Below, in pieces: positions 20,516 to 30,829 of a stretch of 64,000 nt of DNA. The stretch is from a bacterium (lineage in GTDB: Bacteria > Hinthialibacterota > Hinthialibacteria > Hinthialibacterales > Hinthialibacteraceae). A program made the position numbers and the translations under genes. Every line of letters begins with the position of its first letter. Within the stretch, counting starts at the first letter, position 1. A model generated the notes under the pieces. The model saw nothing but the letters and a program-made list of their open reading frames with translations, was not told the DNA's origin and searched no databases. Where the stretch lies: NCBI GenBank assembly GCA_963663405.2, contig CAXXSM010000132.1:32001-96000 (forward strand), in the 5' to 3' direction.

Positions 20516-21694
20516 ATGAACGCTAAACGTTATTCCATCTTGGTTGTTGATGATTCGCGCGCCGATCAATTATTAGCGCAGAAAGTTCTTGAAAGCGCTG
20601 GATATACTATTCAGATTGAGTCAACCTGCTCCGGCGCTCTTCAGAATATTCAGAAGAACGTCCCAGACTTGGTTTTACTGGATGTGATGCTGCCGGATGG
20701 AAATGGATACGATCTTTGCCGCCAAATCAAAGAAATTATTGCCGAAAGAGAATTATTTGTTCCCATAATGCTGATCACTTCCAAGAATCGCTCGGAAGAC
20801 AAAGTCATTGGATTTAAGAGCGGCGCCGATGATTATCTCATCAAACCACCCGCCAGTGATGAAATGATCGCCCGCGTGCAAGGCCTGCTCCGGATGCGGG
20901 ATCTTCAACAGGATCTAAAAGAAGCGCATGACCGCGTGGCCCACGCCAACCGCCTCATTGACCGGGAAATGAGAATCATTGGAGATATCCAACGCTCCTT
21001 TCTTCCCCAGGAATTCCCCGCGCATCCCGAACTGGAACTCGCCGCGTTTTACGAACCTTCCATGCAGGCCGGGGGGGATTATTACGATGTGATCCAACTG
21101 GATGAGGAACATTGGGGAATTGTCATGGCGGATATCGCCGGTCATGGAATCTCGGCCGCCGTCGTTATGGCGATCACGCAGATGACCGTTAAAGAATTCG
21201 CCCCCCATCATACCAGTCCAAGCGGCGCCTTGCATGAATTCAACAAGAAATTGAAGCAATACATCACGGAAGACTATTATGTGACCATGTTCTATTCCAT
21301 ATTAAATCTTCAGAATATGGAGATGGTCTACTCTTCCGCTGGACACAATCCGATGTTGTATTACTCTATTTCCGATCGGCGGATTTCTTCACTCGAAACA
21401 GCCAGTGGTTTCCCCCTCCGGACATTCGATATGAAGCGATACGATGAAAGAAAAGTCTCTATCCTCCCCGGTGATAAGATTCTCTTATTTACAGATGGTG
21501 TTACGGATATTATCAACTCAAAGAGAGAATTTTATGGAACGAAACGGTTGGAGAAAACATTTGAAAGAAACGGAGATCGTTCTCCCTCCGATTTGATCCA
21601 AGAAATTGAAAAAGACACGGAAGCCTTCCGGGAAGGAGAAAATCGCCTCGATGATTTCACCCTTCTCATCATTGGCCGCCGGAACTCGTCATAA
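20516..21694 (+). CDS. Response regulator receiver + PP2C/SpoIIE phosphatase (RsbU-like)
   Basis: LVVDD...LVLLDVMLP receiver; GGDYYD, ADIAGHG, LFTDG, DDFT phosphatase motifs. Confidence 0.93.
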   Translation: MNAKRYSILVVDDSRADQLLAQKVLESAGYTIQIESTCSGALQNIQKNVPDLVLLDVMLPDGNGYDLCRQIKEIIAERELFVPIMLITSKNRSEDKVIGFKSGADDYLIKPPASDEMIARVQGLLRMRDLQQDLKEAHDRVAHANRLIDREMRIIGDIQRSFLPQEFPAHPELELAAFYEPSMQAGGDYYDVIQLDEEHWGIVMADIAGHGISAAVVMAITQMTVKEFAPHHTSPSGALHEFNKKLKQYITEDYYVTMFYSILNLQNMEMVYSSAGHNPMLYYSISDRRISSLETASGFPLRTFDMKRYDERKVSILPGDKILLFTDGVTDIINSKREFYGTKRLEKTFERNGDRSPSDLIQEIEKDTEAFREGENRLDDFTLLIIGRRNSS

Positions 21695-21753
21695 ACGTCA
21701 ATTGAAAAGAAGCGATGCAGTTGGCGTCCCTCATTCATCCCACTGAACAACAT

Positions 21754-22830
21754 TCACATTTTCACCCAAGTCACACCTTCTACAGACTTCTCCACAAGGG
21801 GAACGATCGCTTCGGGGAAGATAGACTCACTCGCTCCATGACCCACTGTAAGAACGTTAAGCCCCAATTCCTCCGCCTCCCAGAGCAGATGGTATCCCAC
21901 CTCTCCGGTTAGATACGCGTCCACTCCCATCGATGCGGCGCAGGAGATCAACGAATTTCCACTGCCTGTGGAAAGCGCGATTGTTTGGATCTTCCGGCGT
22001 GTATCAGGCCGTGTTCCCGACAGTGTTGTCGGGATAGGAAGGCTTTTCTTCACGCGCGTTTCAAACTGCGGCCAGGACAGTTTTTTTTCAAATTCAACCA
22101 CCCATAGCGCCTGTTCTAAACCGCGCGCGTCCTGCAAGGGATAAAGATCGTATGCGGGTTCCTCATACGGGTGAACCGTATAGAGCGCATGGATCACCGC
22201 CTGCCGCCGTTTGATGGGCAGAACCATCTCCAACCGGTCTTCTTCCTCTCGCTCCAGTTGTCCAGCGCGTCCAACGAAAGGATTGGCGCGTTCGGAACCG
22301 CGGAATGTGCCAGTCCCCTGCAGTGTGAACGAACAAAGATCATACTCGCCAATCACCCCGGCGCCCGCCTGCGCCAGCGCTTCTCTCACACGGTCTGTGT
22401 AATCAGCGGGAACGAAAGTAACAATCTTCAACCGGCCCGCCTGGGGTTTCGCCGCAATGCAATGAGCGTTCACACACCCCAATTTCTTCGCCCATAGAGC
22501 CGCGATTCCTTGCGGGTGAAGATCTATATTGGTATGGGCCGCGTACAGAGCGATATCCCGCCGGATCAATTCCCTGGCGAGACGTTGAACCGCGTCCGTC
22601 TCCACAATTTTTTTCAAAGGACGGAAGAGCAAGGGATGATGAACGAGCAGCAGATCCACTTTTTGACGAACTACTTTTTGGAGGATCTTTGAAGTTACCT
22701 CCAGACTCACGGCCACTCGTTTCACGTCCTGGTCTGGATCACCAATCTGCAGACCCACAGGATCATCCGGCAGCGCCCATTCGAGAGGAACGGCTTGCTC
22801 AATTCGACGGATCAATTCGCACAGTTTCAT
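21754..22830 (-). CDS. Nif3-like dinuclear metal-centre protein (YqfO type with PII-like insert)
   Basis: GLQIGD, HHPLLF, HTNID, HPYEEPAYD, GHGASE. Confidence 0.93.
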   Translation of the reverse strand: MKLCELIRRIEQAVPLEWALPDDPVGLQIGDPDQDVKRVAVSLEVTSKILQKVVRQKVDLLLVHHPLLFRPLKKIVETDAVQRLARELIRRDIALYAAHTNIDLHPQGIAALWAKKLGCVNAHCIAAKPQAGRLKIVTFVPADYTDRVREALAQAGAGVIGEYDLCSFTLQGTGTFRGSERANPFVGRAGQLEREEEDRLEMVLPIKRRQAVIHALYTVHPYEEPAYDLYPLQDARGLEQALWVVEFEKKLSWPQFETRVKKSLPIPTTLSGTRPDTRRKIQTIALSTGSGNSLISCAASMGVDAYLTGEVGYHLLWEAEELGLNVLTVGHGASESIFPEAIVPLVEKSVEGVTWVKM

Positions 22831-22900
22831 GGTTCCACTTTCATTTACACGTTGTGTTCTCAATCATGATGGTTTTAATGAAAATTGACGAGAGGGTGGC

Positions 22901-22958
22901 GTGGGCGCCCAGGGCAAGGCTTTTTTCTGCCTTTGCCTTATTCCAAATCACATACGAT
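22901..22958 (+). repeat. REP-like hairpin repeat, copy A
   Basis: gtgggcgcccagggcaaggcttttttctgcctttgccttattccaaatcacatacg; shares its left half with copy D and its right half with copy C. Confidence 0.85.
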
Positions 22959-22992
22959 CGGTGTAATAATCAATTTCCCACTGTTTTTATTT

Positions 22993-23047
22993 GTGGGTGG
23001 CCAGGGCAAGGTTTTTCATCTGCCCTGGCTACATCCCTGAAATCATG
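22993..23047 (+). repeat. REP-like hairpin repeat, copy B
   Basis: gtgggtggccagggcaaggtttttcatctgccctggctacatccctgaaatcatg; 9-bp stem gccagggca/tgccctggc. Confidence 0.85.
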
Positions 23048-23195
23048 TAAGGGGAGAAAAAAGCCTTCCCCTTGCTACCCAGCTGATTGATATATACTTT
23101 GTGTAATCGTAATCTACATTTCTCATTATTATAAACAAGCTCGTTGAAAGTAAAATATGGATCGAAAAGCTCGGATTATGTTAGCGCTCAATATT

Positions 23196-24462
23196 TCATG
23201 TATTGGGCAGCAACAATCCCTTACACAGCCGGTTGGGCGTTAGGAAGGTGTCAAATGAATGCTCCAATTGATCCAGCGTAACAGTTTCGATCCGCTCCTG
23301 ATAATGCACCGCGTTTTCAATCGTAGTCATCGTGTGTCCAAAGCCGAAGGTATGGGCGATAGAAATCACTTTTTCATTGGAAAAAGCGAAATCGGCTCTC
23401 GACATGCTTTTCACTTTGGTCAATTCGCCTGGTAAAATCTGACTGCGCAGTTTTTGCAGTTCTCCGGTGATCTCATCCTCCACCTGCTGGACTTTTTCCG
23501 GTTCCGTCACCGCTTCGATTAGAAACAATCCCGCGTTGGCCAGATTCCAATAACTGCAGCTGATGGAAGAAACAATCCCCAATTCATCATTCAAACGGCG
23601 GTGAAGCCGCGACGATTTCCCCTCTCCAAACACCATTGACAAAAGATCCAGCGCATATTCGTGAGGCGTCTCAAATAGATCCGGCAGCGCGTATCCAAGA
23701 ATTAAGTAGGATTGATTCACGTCCCGTTTCATCGTCACGGATGCCGGCTCCTCAATAAGGGGCCAGTCCAACGCCTCTTCTTCAAATGGCGCGGAAGGAA
23801 AAGGCGTCTGGTCTAGAAGATGATTCAGTTCATCTTCCGCTTCCTGGTAAGAGAGATCGCCGATCAGACAGAGTGTGATATTTTCCGGATGATACCGTTT
23901 TTGATGGTAATCAACAAATGTGTCCCGTTGAATGGTCTCTAGAGATTCGTGCGTGCCCAGCACATCGCGTTGGTATCGGCAGCGGGAAAAGGCGGCGCGA
24001 GTGAATTCATCATATATTTTTGACCAGGGATTATCTTCGTGCCGTTTGATCTCTTCATTGATCACCGCCCGTTCCCGCCTCAATCTCCTCTGGATCGAAG
24101 AGAGGATTCATGAGTGAGTCGATTAGAACGTCCAACGCCTTCTTCCATCCCGCGCTGGGAAGCACAACGTAATAATGGGTATAGTCAAGTGAAGTCGCCG
24201 CATTGTTATACCCTCCCAGCGAGGTAATAATCCGGTCCATCACTCCCACGCCGTGTCTTTCCGTACCCTTAAAAAACATATGCTCGAAAAAATGAGAAAG
24301 GCCATAGTGGGGATCGGGGTCGTTGACAGCGCCGGTCTTCACCCAGATATCGATCCCAATGATCGGGGCGGCCCGCACTTCCTTATGAAGCAACGTAAAT
24401 CCACAGGGGAGAGTGGTTTTTGTATAGGGCATTAGTGGATTGATGGTTTCTGGTTTTCTCAT
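23196..24462 (-). CDS. M16 family zinc peptidase (pitrilysin-like), frameshifted near 24080
   Basis: HFFEH motif and NAATS in the 24055-24462 ORF, continued by ERAVINEEI...SSRLHRRL in the 23196-24083 ORF. A single indel joins them (sequencing error or pseudogene). Confidence 0.88.
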
Positions 24463-24478
24463 CGCATTAACCGATCTT

Positions 24479-25213
24479 TCAATCGAGATTATTCGCGCCG
24501 GTGCGCGCGATCAGGCTGCCCGCTTCATGGAGCGAGGCGCGGGTTTCGCCGCAATCCGCCCACCATCCCTCCAGGATATCATACGTCAGTTCCCCCGCTT
24601 CCAAGTAGGCTTTGTTGACGTCCGTAATTTCAAACTCGTTCCGGCCTGAAGGGGTCAGGGTATCAATGATGTCATATACGCGTTCATCGTACATATAGAT
24701 CCCCACCACGGCGTACTGCGAAGCCGGTTCTTTGGGTTTTTCTGTAATCGTAACAATCCGGCTGTCTTCGAATGACGGCACACCGTACTGTTCAGGGTGA
24801 TCGACTTCTTTTAAAAGAATCTTCGCGCCTTTTTCCTGGCGCCGGAACGCGTCCACATATTGGATGATATTCCGTTCAATAATGTTGTCACCCAGCATGA
24901 CCGCCACCTTGCCCCCGGCGGCGAAATCACGGGTTAGCGAAAGCGCTTCCGCGATGCCGCCCTCGCGGGATTGATAGGTGTAGTGCAGCCGTTTCAGACC
25001 GAATTCCGAGCCGTTGCCAAGTAAAGGAAGGAAATCACCGGCGTGATTGCCTCCAGTGATGATCATAATATCTTCAATCCCAGCTTGAACCAGCGTTTCA
25101 ATCGGATAGAAAATCATGGGACGGTCGTAGACGGGAAGCAGATGCTTGTTTGTCACACGAGTCATGGGAAGCAGGCGCGTTCCCAATCCCCCGGCGGTTA
25201 TGACACCTTTCAT
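24479..25213 (-). CDS. rfbA: Glucose-1-phosphate thymidylyltransferase (short form)
   Basis: AGGLGTRLLPMTRVTNKHLLPVYDRPMI, LGDN, EKP, PSGRNEFEITD; coupled to rfbB. Confidence 0.88.
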   Translation of the reverse strand: MKGVITAGGLGTRLLPMTRVTNKHLLPVYDRPMIFYPIETLVQAGIEDIMIITGGNHAGDFLPLLGNGSEFGLKRLHYTYQSREGGIAEALSLTRDFAAGGKVAVMLGDNIIERNIIQYVDAFRRQEKGAKILLKEVDHPEQYGVPSFEDSRIVTITEKPKEPASQYAVVGIYMYDERVYDIIDTLTPSGRNEFEITDVNKAYLEAGELTYDILEGWWADCGETRASLHEAGSLIARTGANNLD

Positions 25214-26250
25214 GATGGTTCTTTTCCTTGAGCCAGCCGCTCACCGTATTGTTTTTTGTAATAGGCTTTGAACTCATCGCCTTTGATCTTTTTCCACCAT
25301 TTCTTATTCTTCTTATACCAGGCGACGGTTCGCGCCAGCCCTTCCTCCAATTGGACGGCGGGAGCCCAGCCCAGTTCTTTGATTTTAGACGAATCCAAGG
25401 AGTACCGGAAATCATGGCCGGGGCGGTCTTCTACGTGAGTAATCAGATCCGCCGGTTTTTTGAGATGTTCCAAGATCAGATCGGCGATGACGCGGTTTCG
25501 TTCTCCAGAGGCGCCGCCGACGTTATAGATCTCCCCGGCTTTGCCTTCCCGCAGAACCAGTTCGATCGCGCGGCATTGGTCTTCAACAAACAGCCACTCC
25601 CGCATTTGATTCCCATCCCCATATAAAGGAAGCGGCTCATCCTCCATCGCGTTCGTGATAAATAGCGGGATCAGTTTTTCTGGATATTGAAACGGCCCAT
25701 AATTATTGGCGGACCGGGTAACGAGCGTGTGCACGCCATAGGTCACATGGTAGGCGTGAGACAACAGATCCGCCCCCCCTTTGCTGGCCGAGTATGGGGA
25801 AGAGGGATATAAGGGGCTCGCTTCAGGCACGGCGCCTTCTAGTACGGGGCCATAGACTTCATCTGTGCTGATCTGGAGATAGCGGCTTATATTGAACTGC
25901 CGGGCGGCCTCCAGAAGGACGAAGGTTCCATGAATATCGGTCCGGAGAAAATCGTCGGGACGGCTGATGGATCGATCCACATGTGTCTCGGCGGCGAAAT
26001 TGACGATCGCGTCGAATTGTTTCTGCGCCACCAAGTCCATGACCAGTTGACGATCGGCGATATCCCCTTGAAAAAAGCAATAGCGGCTGTCGCGCTCGAC
26101 GGATTTTAGATTGTCGAGATTCCCGGCGTAGGTCAATTTATCCAAATTGACAATCTGGATCGATTCATCCGTCCTAAGCATATATTGGATAAAATTCGAT
26201 CCAATGAAACCAGCGCCTCCTGTGACGAGCAAGCGTTTCATTCGTTCCAC
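25210..26250 (-). CDS. rfbB: dTDP-glucose 4,6-dehydratase
   Basis: TGGAGFIGSN, DKLTYAGN, AAETHVDRSI, STDEVYG, YSASK, DRPGHD. Confidence 0.96.
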   Translation of the reverse strand: MERMKRLLVTGGAGFIGSNFIQYMLRTDESIQIVNLDKLTYAGNLDNLKSVERDSRYCFFQGDIADRQLVMDLVAQKQFDAIVNFAAETHVDRSISRPDDFLRTDIHGTFVLLEAARQFNISRYLQISTDEVYGPVLEGAVPEASPLYPSSPYSASKGGADLLSHAYHVTYGVHTLVTRSANNYGPFQYPEKLIPLFITNAMEDEPLPLYGDGNQMREWLFVEDQCRAIELVLREGKAGEIYNVGGASGERNRVIADLILEHLKKPADLITHVEDRPGHDFRYSLDSSKIKELGWAPAVQLEEGLARTVAWYKKNKKWWKKIKGDEFKAYYKKQYGERLAQGKEPS

Positions 26251-26442
26251 AACTCCTTATTCTGGGGAGCCCGTTCCGCTCATCCTTTTTGGAATCCGCA
26301 TCCGTTACTGGAACCGGGCGCCTCAATCATGAAATCAGCCCGTGTCCGAAACGAACGGGCTGTCTAGTTTAACCTTCTTTATACTCCATACCCTATCATA
26401 TGGAATCCAAAGGGAGAAGCGAAGGGGGGAGGAGAGTAAAAT

Positions 26443-26478
26443 GTGAAAGCCGCTCATAACCATGAGCGGCTTTCGCAC
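26443..26478 (-). terminator. Strong hairpin, probable terminator downstream of the 26621-26863 gene
   Basis: gaaagccgctcat-aacc-atgagcggctttc, 13-bp perfect stem. Confidence 0.65.
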
Positions 26479-26620
26479 AAATCTTTTTGGTTTTTGAGAA
26501 ACCGTGCCTTATTCTTACATTATTTATAATACCATTTTTTAACCGGTTGTCTAGACTTTTTTTTTGATTTTTTTTTATACTGATATTTTCTATTGAAAAT
26601 CTTTTGTAACAATTTGATTT

Positions 26621-26863
26621 TTATAGACTTTTGTGTCTATACGGTTGATTGGATGGCGCGAAAAACTCTAAAGATCCGCATTCTTTACATCGATAAGCGG
26701 TTACATAATACTGGTCGCGCATCCCTATTTTAACGCCCAAAAATCCCTCTTCGGGCGTACCTTGTACCCAAGATATCCGTTCTAAACGCACAAAATTAAT
26801 ATCCAATAAATATCCTTCCTCCATCTCATGCCCACACCGGCCGCATTTCATCGTCTCATCCAT
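26621..26863 (-). CDS. Small zinc-ribbon protein (DUF6487/PF20097-like)
   Basis: MKCGRCGHEMEEG...AYRCKECGSLEFFA; AAGGAGG RBS. Confidence 0.8.
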   Translation of the reverse strand: MDETMKCGRCGHEMEEGYLLDINFVRLERISWVQGTPEEGFLGVKIGMRDQYYVTAYRCKECGSLEFFAPSNQPYRHKSL

Positions 26864-27117
26864 TTCATTCCTCCTTATATGGTTTACATTATTTGAGTTC
26901 TTAAGAATATGTTTTATTTAAATAATACGCTTCTCTCCACCGGGTATTTCGTTTTGGAAGAGTTGACACCTAAGACGATTACATATTTATAAATGAAGCG
27001 TTAGTTAATCTTTTAGAGGAATCACTTTATATTTCAGTCTTATGCTGTATATAATTGAATCTTCGGCTTTACAGATTCATCATGATTCTATAAGCAATCG
27101 ATAGAAAAGAAGAATGG

Positions 27118-28257
27118 ATGGAGAAACCAATGAGAACATTCAGAATCATCATGGTTGTTTTTTCTTTCAGTTTGGCGCCCAGCGTCTTTGCGCAGCCGCA
27201 GGGGGAACGGGAATTTCCAGCGGATGGATATACGCCGGGGCAGCAATATCTGGTGCAAATTCGCGTAACGGGGGAGGCGGAAGCGGTTACTGTCACCGAG
27301 ACACCGCCGGAGGGATGGACTGTCGGAAGGATTATGTCCAGTGGAACGCTGCAAGATGGCGTTATCGTATGGGAACTGGCTTCGCTTTCAGGCTCGAAAG
27401 CAATTCGCTACTATGTAAGCGCCGGCGCCGATTCAACGGGAGACGCGGTATTTTCAGGTAATGTTGACGGGATTGAGATTACAGGACACACCCTCATCCC
27501 TCAACTGGTCCCCGGACCCGGCAAACAAGCCCCCGTAATTTCCGATACCCATTACAACTATCAGATCTATCTCCCCGCAACATATGGCGAAGAGGAAAGA
27601 CAATGGCCGCTCATGATGTTCCTGCATGGGGCGGGTGAGCGGGGGAGTGATTTGGAACTCGTAAAAGTTCACGGCCCTCCTAAACTCGTTGAAAACGCCG
27701 CGTCAATGGAGGAAGTCTTTGGCGGCGAATTCAATTTTGTATTGGTATCACCCCAATGTCCATCGAATGAATGGTGGCGCAATGAACAATTAATCCCTAT
27801 TCTGGATGAGATTATCGCTGAATACTCCATCGATACCAGCCGCGTCTATCTGACAGGAATAAGCATGGGAGGATTTGGAACTTGGAGCCTGGGCAGCGCG
27901 ATCCCCGAACGCTTCGCGGCGCTGGCGCCCATCTGTGGCGGTGGAGACGCTTGGGGAACGTTTCATGGCTCGTATAATACAACCTCCGATCTTTCTGCGG
28001 CGGATCCAAACGCGCTCGTGAACACTCCAATCTGGGCGTTTCATGGCGACGCGGATACAACCGTTCCAATAGAAAACGATGAAGAGATCATCAACGCGGT
28101 GTTGGAACTGGGCGGCGATGTGACGTTCACCGTCTATCCCGGAGTCGGTCACGATTCCTGGACACAAACCTATAACAATCCCGAATTGTATGAATGGTTC
28201 ATGCATCACCAACGAAGCGCCACGTCGTCCTCTCCCAGCTGTGAATTGTATAATTAA
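27118..28257 (+). CDS. Secreted carboxylesterase/phospholipase-like alpha/beta hydrolase with N-terminal beta-sandwich domain
   Basis: Signal peptide; FLHGAGERG, TGISMGGFG (nucleophile), FHGDAD, GHDSW. Confidence 0.88.
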   Translation: MEKPMRTFRIIMVVFSFSLAPSVFAQPQGEREFPADGYTPGQQYLVQIRVTGEAEAVTVTETPPEGWTVGRIMSSGTLQDGVIVWELASLSGSKAIRYYVSAGADSTGDAVFSGNVDGIEITGHTLIPQLVPGPGKQAPVISDTHYNYQIYLPATYGEEERQWPLMMFLHGAGERGSDLELVKVHGPPKLVENAASMEEVFGGEFNFVLVSPQCPSNEWWRNEQLIPILDEIIAEYSIDTSRVYLTGISMGGFGTWSLGSAIPERFAALAPICGGGDAWGTFHGSYNTTSDLSAADPNALVNTPIWAFHGDADTTVPIENDEEIINAVLELGGDVTFTVYPGVGHDSWTQTYNNPELYEWFMHHQRSATSSSPSCELYN

Positions 28258-28407
28258 CGAATGGAGCCAAAACGGGTGAGCGAGGATTCAATGGAGAGCG
28301 AGCGTCCCGCCCGCAATAATAATCTCAAAACATTCGGCGTATCCGGTAAGTACGTAGTTATCATTATACTCTCATCAATAACGGATGTTACAAAAATCCT
28401 TAACCAC

Positions 28408-28500
28408 TTGACTTGAACCGGATGTTAAAGATAAACGGGATAAAGCAATCAATAGAAATCCTGAAAATCCTGTTCATCCTGGATATCCAGATTCAGACAA
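28408..28500. repeat. Imperfect inverted repeat built from 9-bp ATCCTG-type subunits
   Basis: aatcctgaa-aatcctgtt-catcctgga-tatccagat-tcagac (28457-28498), mirrored imperfectly by tgaaccggat-gttaaagat-aaacgggat (28414-28441). Confidence 0.55.
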
Positions 28501-28521
28501 AATTACAAAATCAGAGAAATA

Positions 28522-28860
28522 ATGAATAGGAAAGACACAAAGCGCGCCTGGAAAGCGGCGCAGTATTCCGCGTTCCTTATTCCCGGCGCCGGACAAATCT
28601 ACAACCGTCAATGGCTGAAAGGCGTGTTCCTGGCGATCGTATTCTTAATCGCGTCAATGGCGGTCTTAGTCCCCATCACCCTCGCGTATATCAATCATTT
28701 CATGGCTTTCAACGGAGAACTCCCAAACCAATCCATATTCACCTTCGAAACGCTCTGGAAAATGAAGTACCCGTTGATTACACTTTCAATCCTATGCGGT
28801 ATAATCTATGTTTATTCGATTGTGGACGCTCTCAAAGAAGGAAAGAATAACAGAGGATGA
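28522..28860 (+). CDS. Small membrane protein (IPGxGQ motif, TM2/DUF5683-like)
   Basis: SAFLIPGAGQIYNRQWLKG followed by two hydrophobic helices ending YSIVDA. Confidence 0.75.
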   Translation: MNRKDTKRAWKAAQYSAFLIPGAGQIYNRQWLKGVFLAIVFLIASMAVLVPITLAYINHFMAFNGELPNQSIFTFETLWKMKYPLITLSILCGIIYVYSIVDALKEGKNNRG

Positions 28861-28944
28861 TTGAAGCCGTATTTTCCTCTATATGTGAAGAGTTTTATAT
28901 GTTACGATAAATGTAATCTTCATCATTCTCTAAAGAGATCTTCA

Positions 28945-30286
28945 ATGACAAATAAATGGCCGAAAATCATTCGCGATCCGATCCACGATCTGATCTCTTT
29001 TGAAGATATACCAGTTGATCATTTATTGTTGAAACTAATCGACACAAAGGAATTTCAGCGGCTTCGCCGAATCCGGCAACTTGGAATGAGTGATTTAGTC
29101 TTTCCTGGAGCGAATCACAGCCGTTTCGCTCATTCAATCGGTGTCATGAATACGGCGCGAAAGTTTTTGAAACGGATCGAACGTATTCCTGGATCAACAA
29201 TAGATGAAATCAATCAAATCGTTGTATTAACCGCCGCGTTACTTCATGACATTGGTCACGGTCCTTTCTCTCATACATTCGAGAAAATATCAGGAGGAAA
29301 ATCACGAACAAAGAACAGTAGAAATTATTAAAAACGAATCCACAGAGGTGAATAAAGTCCTCCGTGAAGTGGATGAACAACTGCCAGGAAAAATATCTGA
29401 TTTCTTTGAAACGGAAAGCGAGGAAAGCGATAGTCCTTCACCTTATCTCACAGGCATCGTATCGAGTCAGCTCGATGCGGACCGTTTTGATTATTTACTC
29501 CGGGACAGTTATGCGACGGGAACGAACTATGGGCAATTCGATCTCAATTGGCTGATCCAGCATCTTTTTATTGATGAAGAGAAAGGGCGGTTTTATTTAA
29601 GCAAAAAAGCATTTACGGCGGCGGAGGCGTATATTTTCGCCCGTTTTCACATGTACCAAACCGTTTATTTTCATAAAGCGACACGAGCCGCTGAAATCAT
29701 GTTACGATTAGCGTTTATGCGCTATCGAGATCTTCTATCTCTGAAGAAAACGCCAATAGAAAAATGCGTGTTGTACCTAAAGCGCCTCTTTCGGTTTTTA
29801 ACGCTTTTTCGGATACAAAAAATGCAGCTCCATGATTACCTTTTACTTGACGACAATACGATTCTTGAGTTTCTAAAAGTATGCGGTGAAGCGGACGATT
29901 CTATTTTAAAGGAAATCAGTCAAGGATTATTGAATCGGAGATTATATAAATGCGTGGATGCGACGGATGCGGATAAGGATGATGTTGGCCATTTTACAAT
30001 GCAAGTAGCTCAGTTTTTATCGGGAAAAGGCTCTAAAATGCCCTATACATTCATTAATGATTCACCAAAAGATATTCCTTATAAACTTTATGATCCCGAT
30101 GAAGAAAAACCAACAAGCGAAATATATGTTGAAATGACGACTGGTGAGCGTGTAGAGATAAGCAAGCAATCGTCTTTAATCGCTCAATTAAAAGATAAGT
30201 ACACTTTATTTCGATATTATTTCCCTGATGAATACCGTAATGAAATCGATAAGATTGCACAGATAACTCTGCGAAAGGACCGATGA
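28945..30286 (+). CDS. HD-domain phosphohydrolase (SAMHD1/YwfO-like dNTP triphosphohydrolase family), frameshifted near 29295
   Basis: IRDPIH, FQRLRRIRQLG, HSRFAHSIG, ALLHDIGHGPFSH, then LDADRFDYLLRD and MYQTVYFHK in the second frame. Confidence 0.88.
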
Positions 30287-30804
30287 ATGGTTGATAAATT
30301 GATAGAAAAATTCCGTTGGTTGGCTGGAGCGATCGCCGCGCATCCGGATCAGCAAATTGCGGGAAGAATCCGATTGCAGAAAACAATCAAACTCCTTCAA
30401 CGCCTTGATTTTCCAACGGATTACTCGTATACACTCATTTTTACGGTCCTTATAGTGAAGGGCTCAAAGCTGAAATCAACCTTTTGGAAAGTCTCGATCT
30501 AGTTGAAGAAGAAGAACGGCAAACGGCAGATGGTCTTCCATATTTTATAATTAAAGCGAAAAAGGGCGCTGCTTTAGATGAAGATGATATCAAGCCGTTT
30601 CAAAAATATATTGATATCATGAGTAAAATTAAAGATCAAGTCATTTTGGAATTGGCGGCCACGTATGATTCCTTCCGGGAAAGAAATTACGATCATGAAA
30701 AGTCTCTTGATTTATTGAACAGAAAAAAAGGGAGTAAATGTACTCCAGAGCGCATAGAAAAATCAATGGAATTGTTAATGGAATTAGGATTACCTGCAAA
30801 ATAA
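30287..30804 (+). CDS. YwgA-like / SocA-Panacea-related winged-helix protein, frameshifted near 30435
   Basis: GRIRLQKTIKLLQ; restoring one base gives HFYGPYSEGLKAEINLLESLDLVEE; later LELAAT. Starts immediately after the HD gene stop. Confidence 0.75.
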
Positions 30805-30829
30805 ATATTCATTTGGAAGGTAGATAGAA

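Noticed and set aside
22901-23047. Two similar repeats about 90 bp apart resembling a mini-CRISPR
   Set aside because: Only two divergent units, dispersed copies elsewhere and no cas genes; better explained as REP-like repeats.
24055-24090. Programmed frameshift or genuine two-subunit M16 peptidase
   Set aside because: The break falls mid-domain with no slippery heptamer, and similar indels occur nearby; error is more likely.
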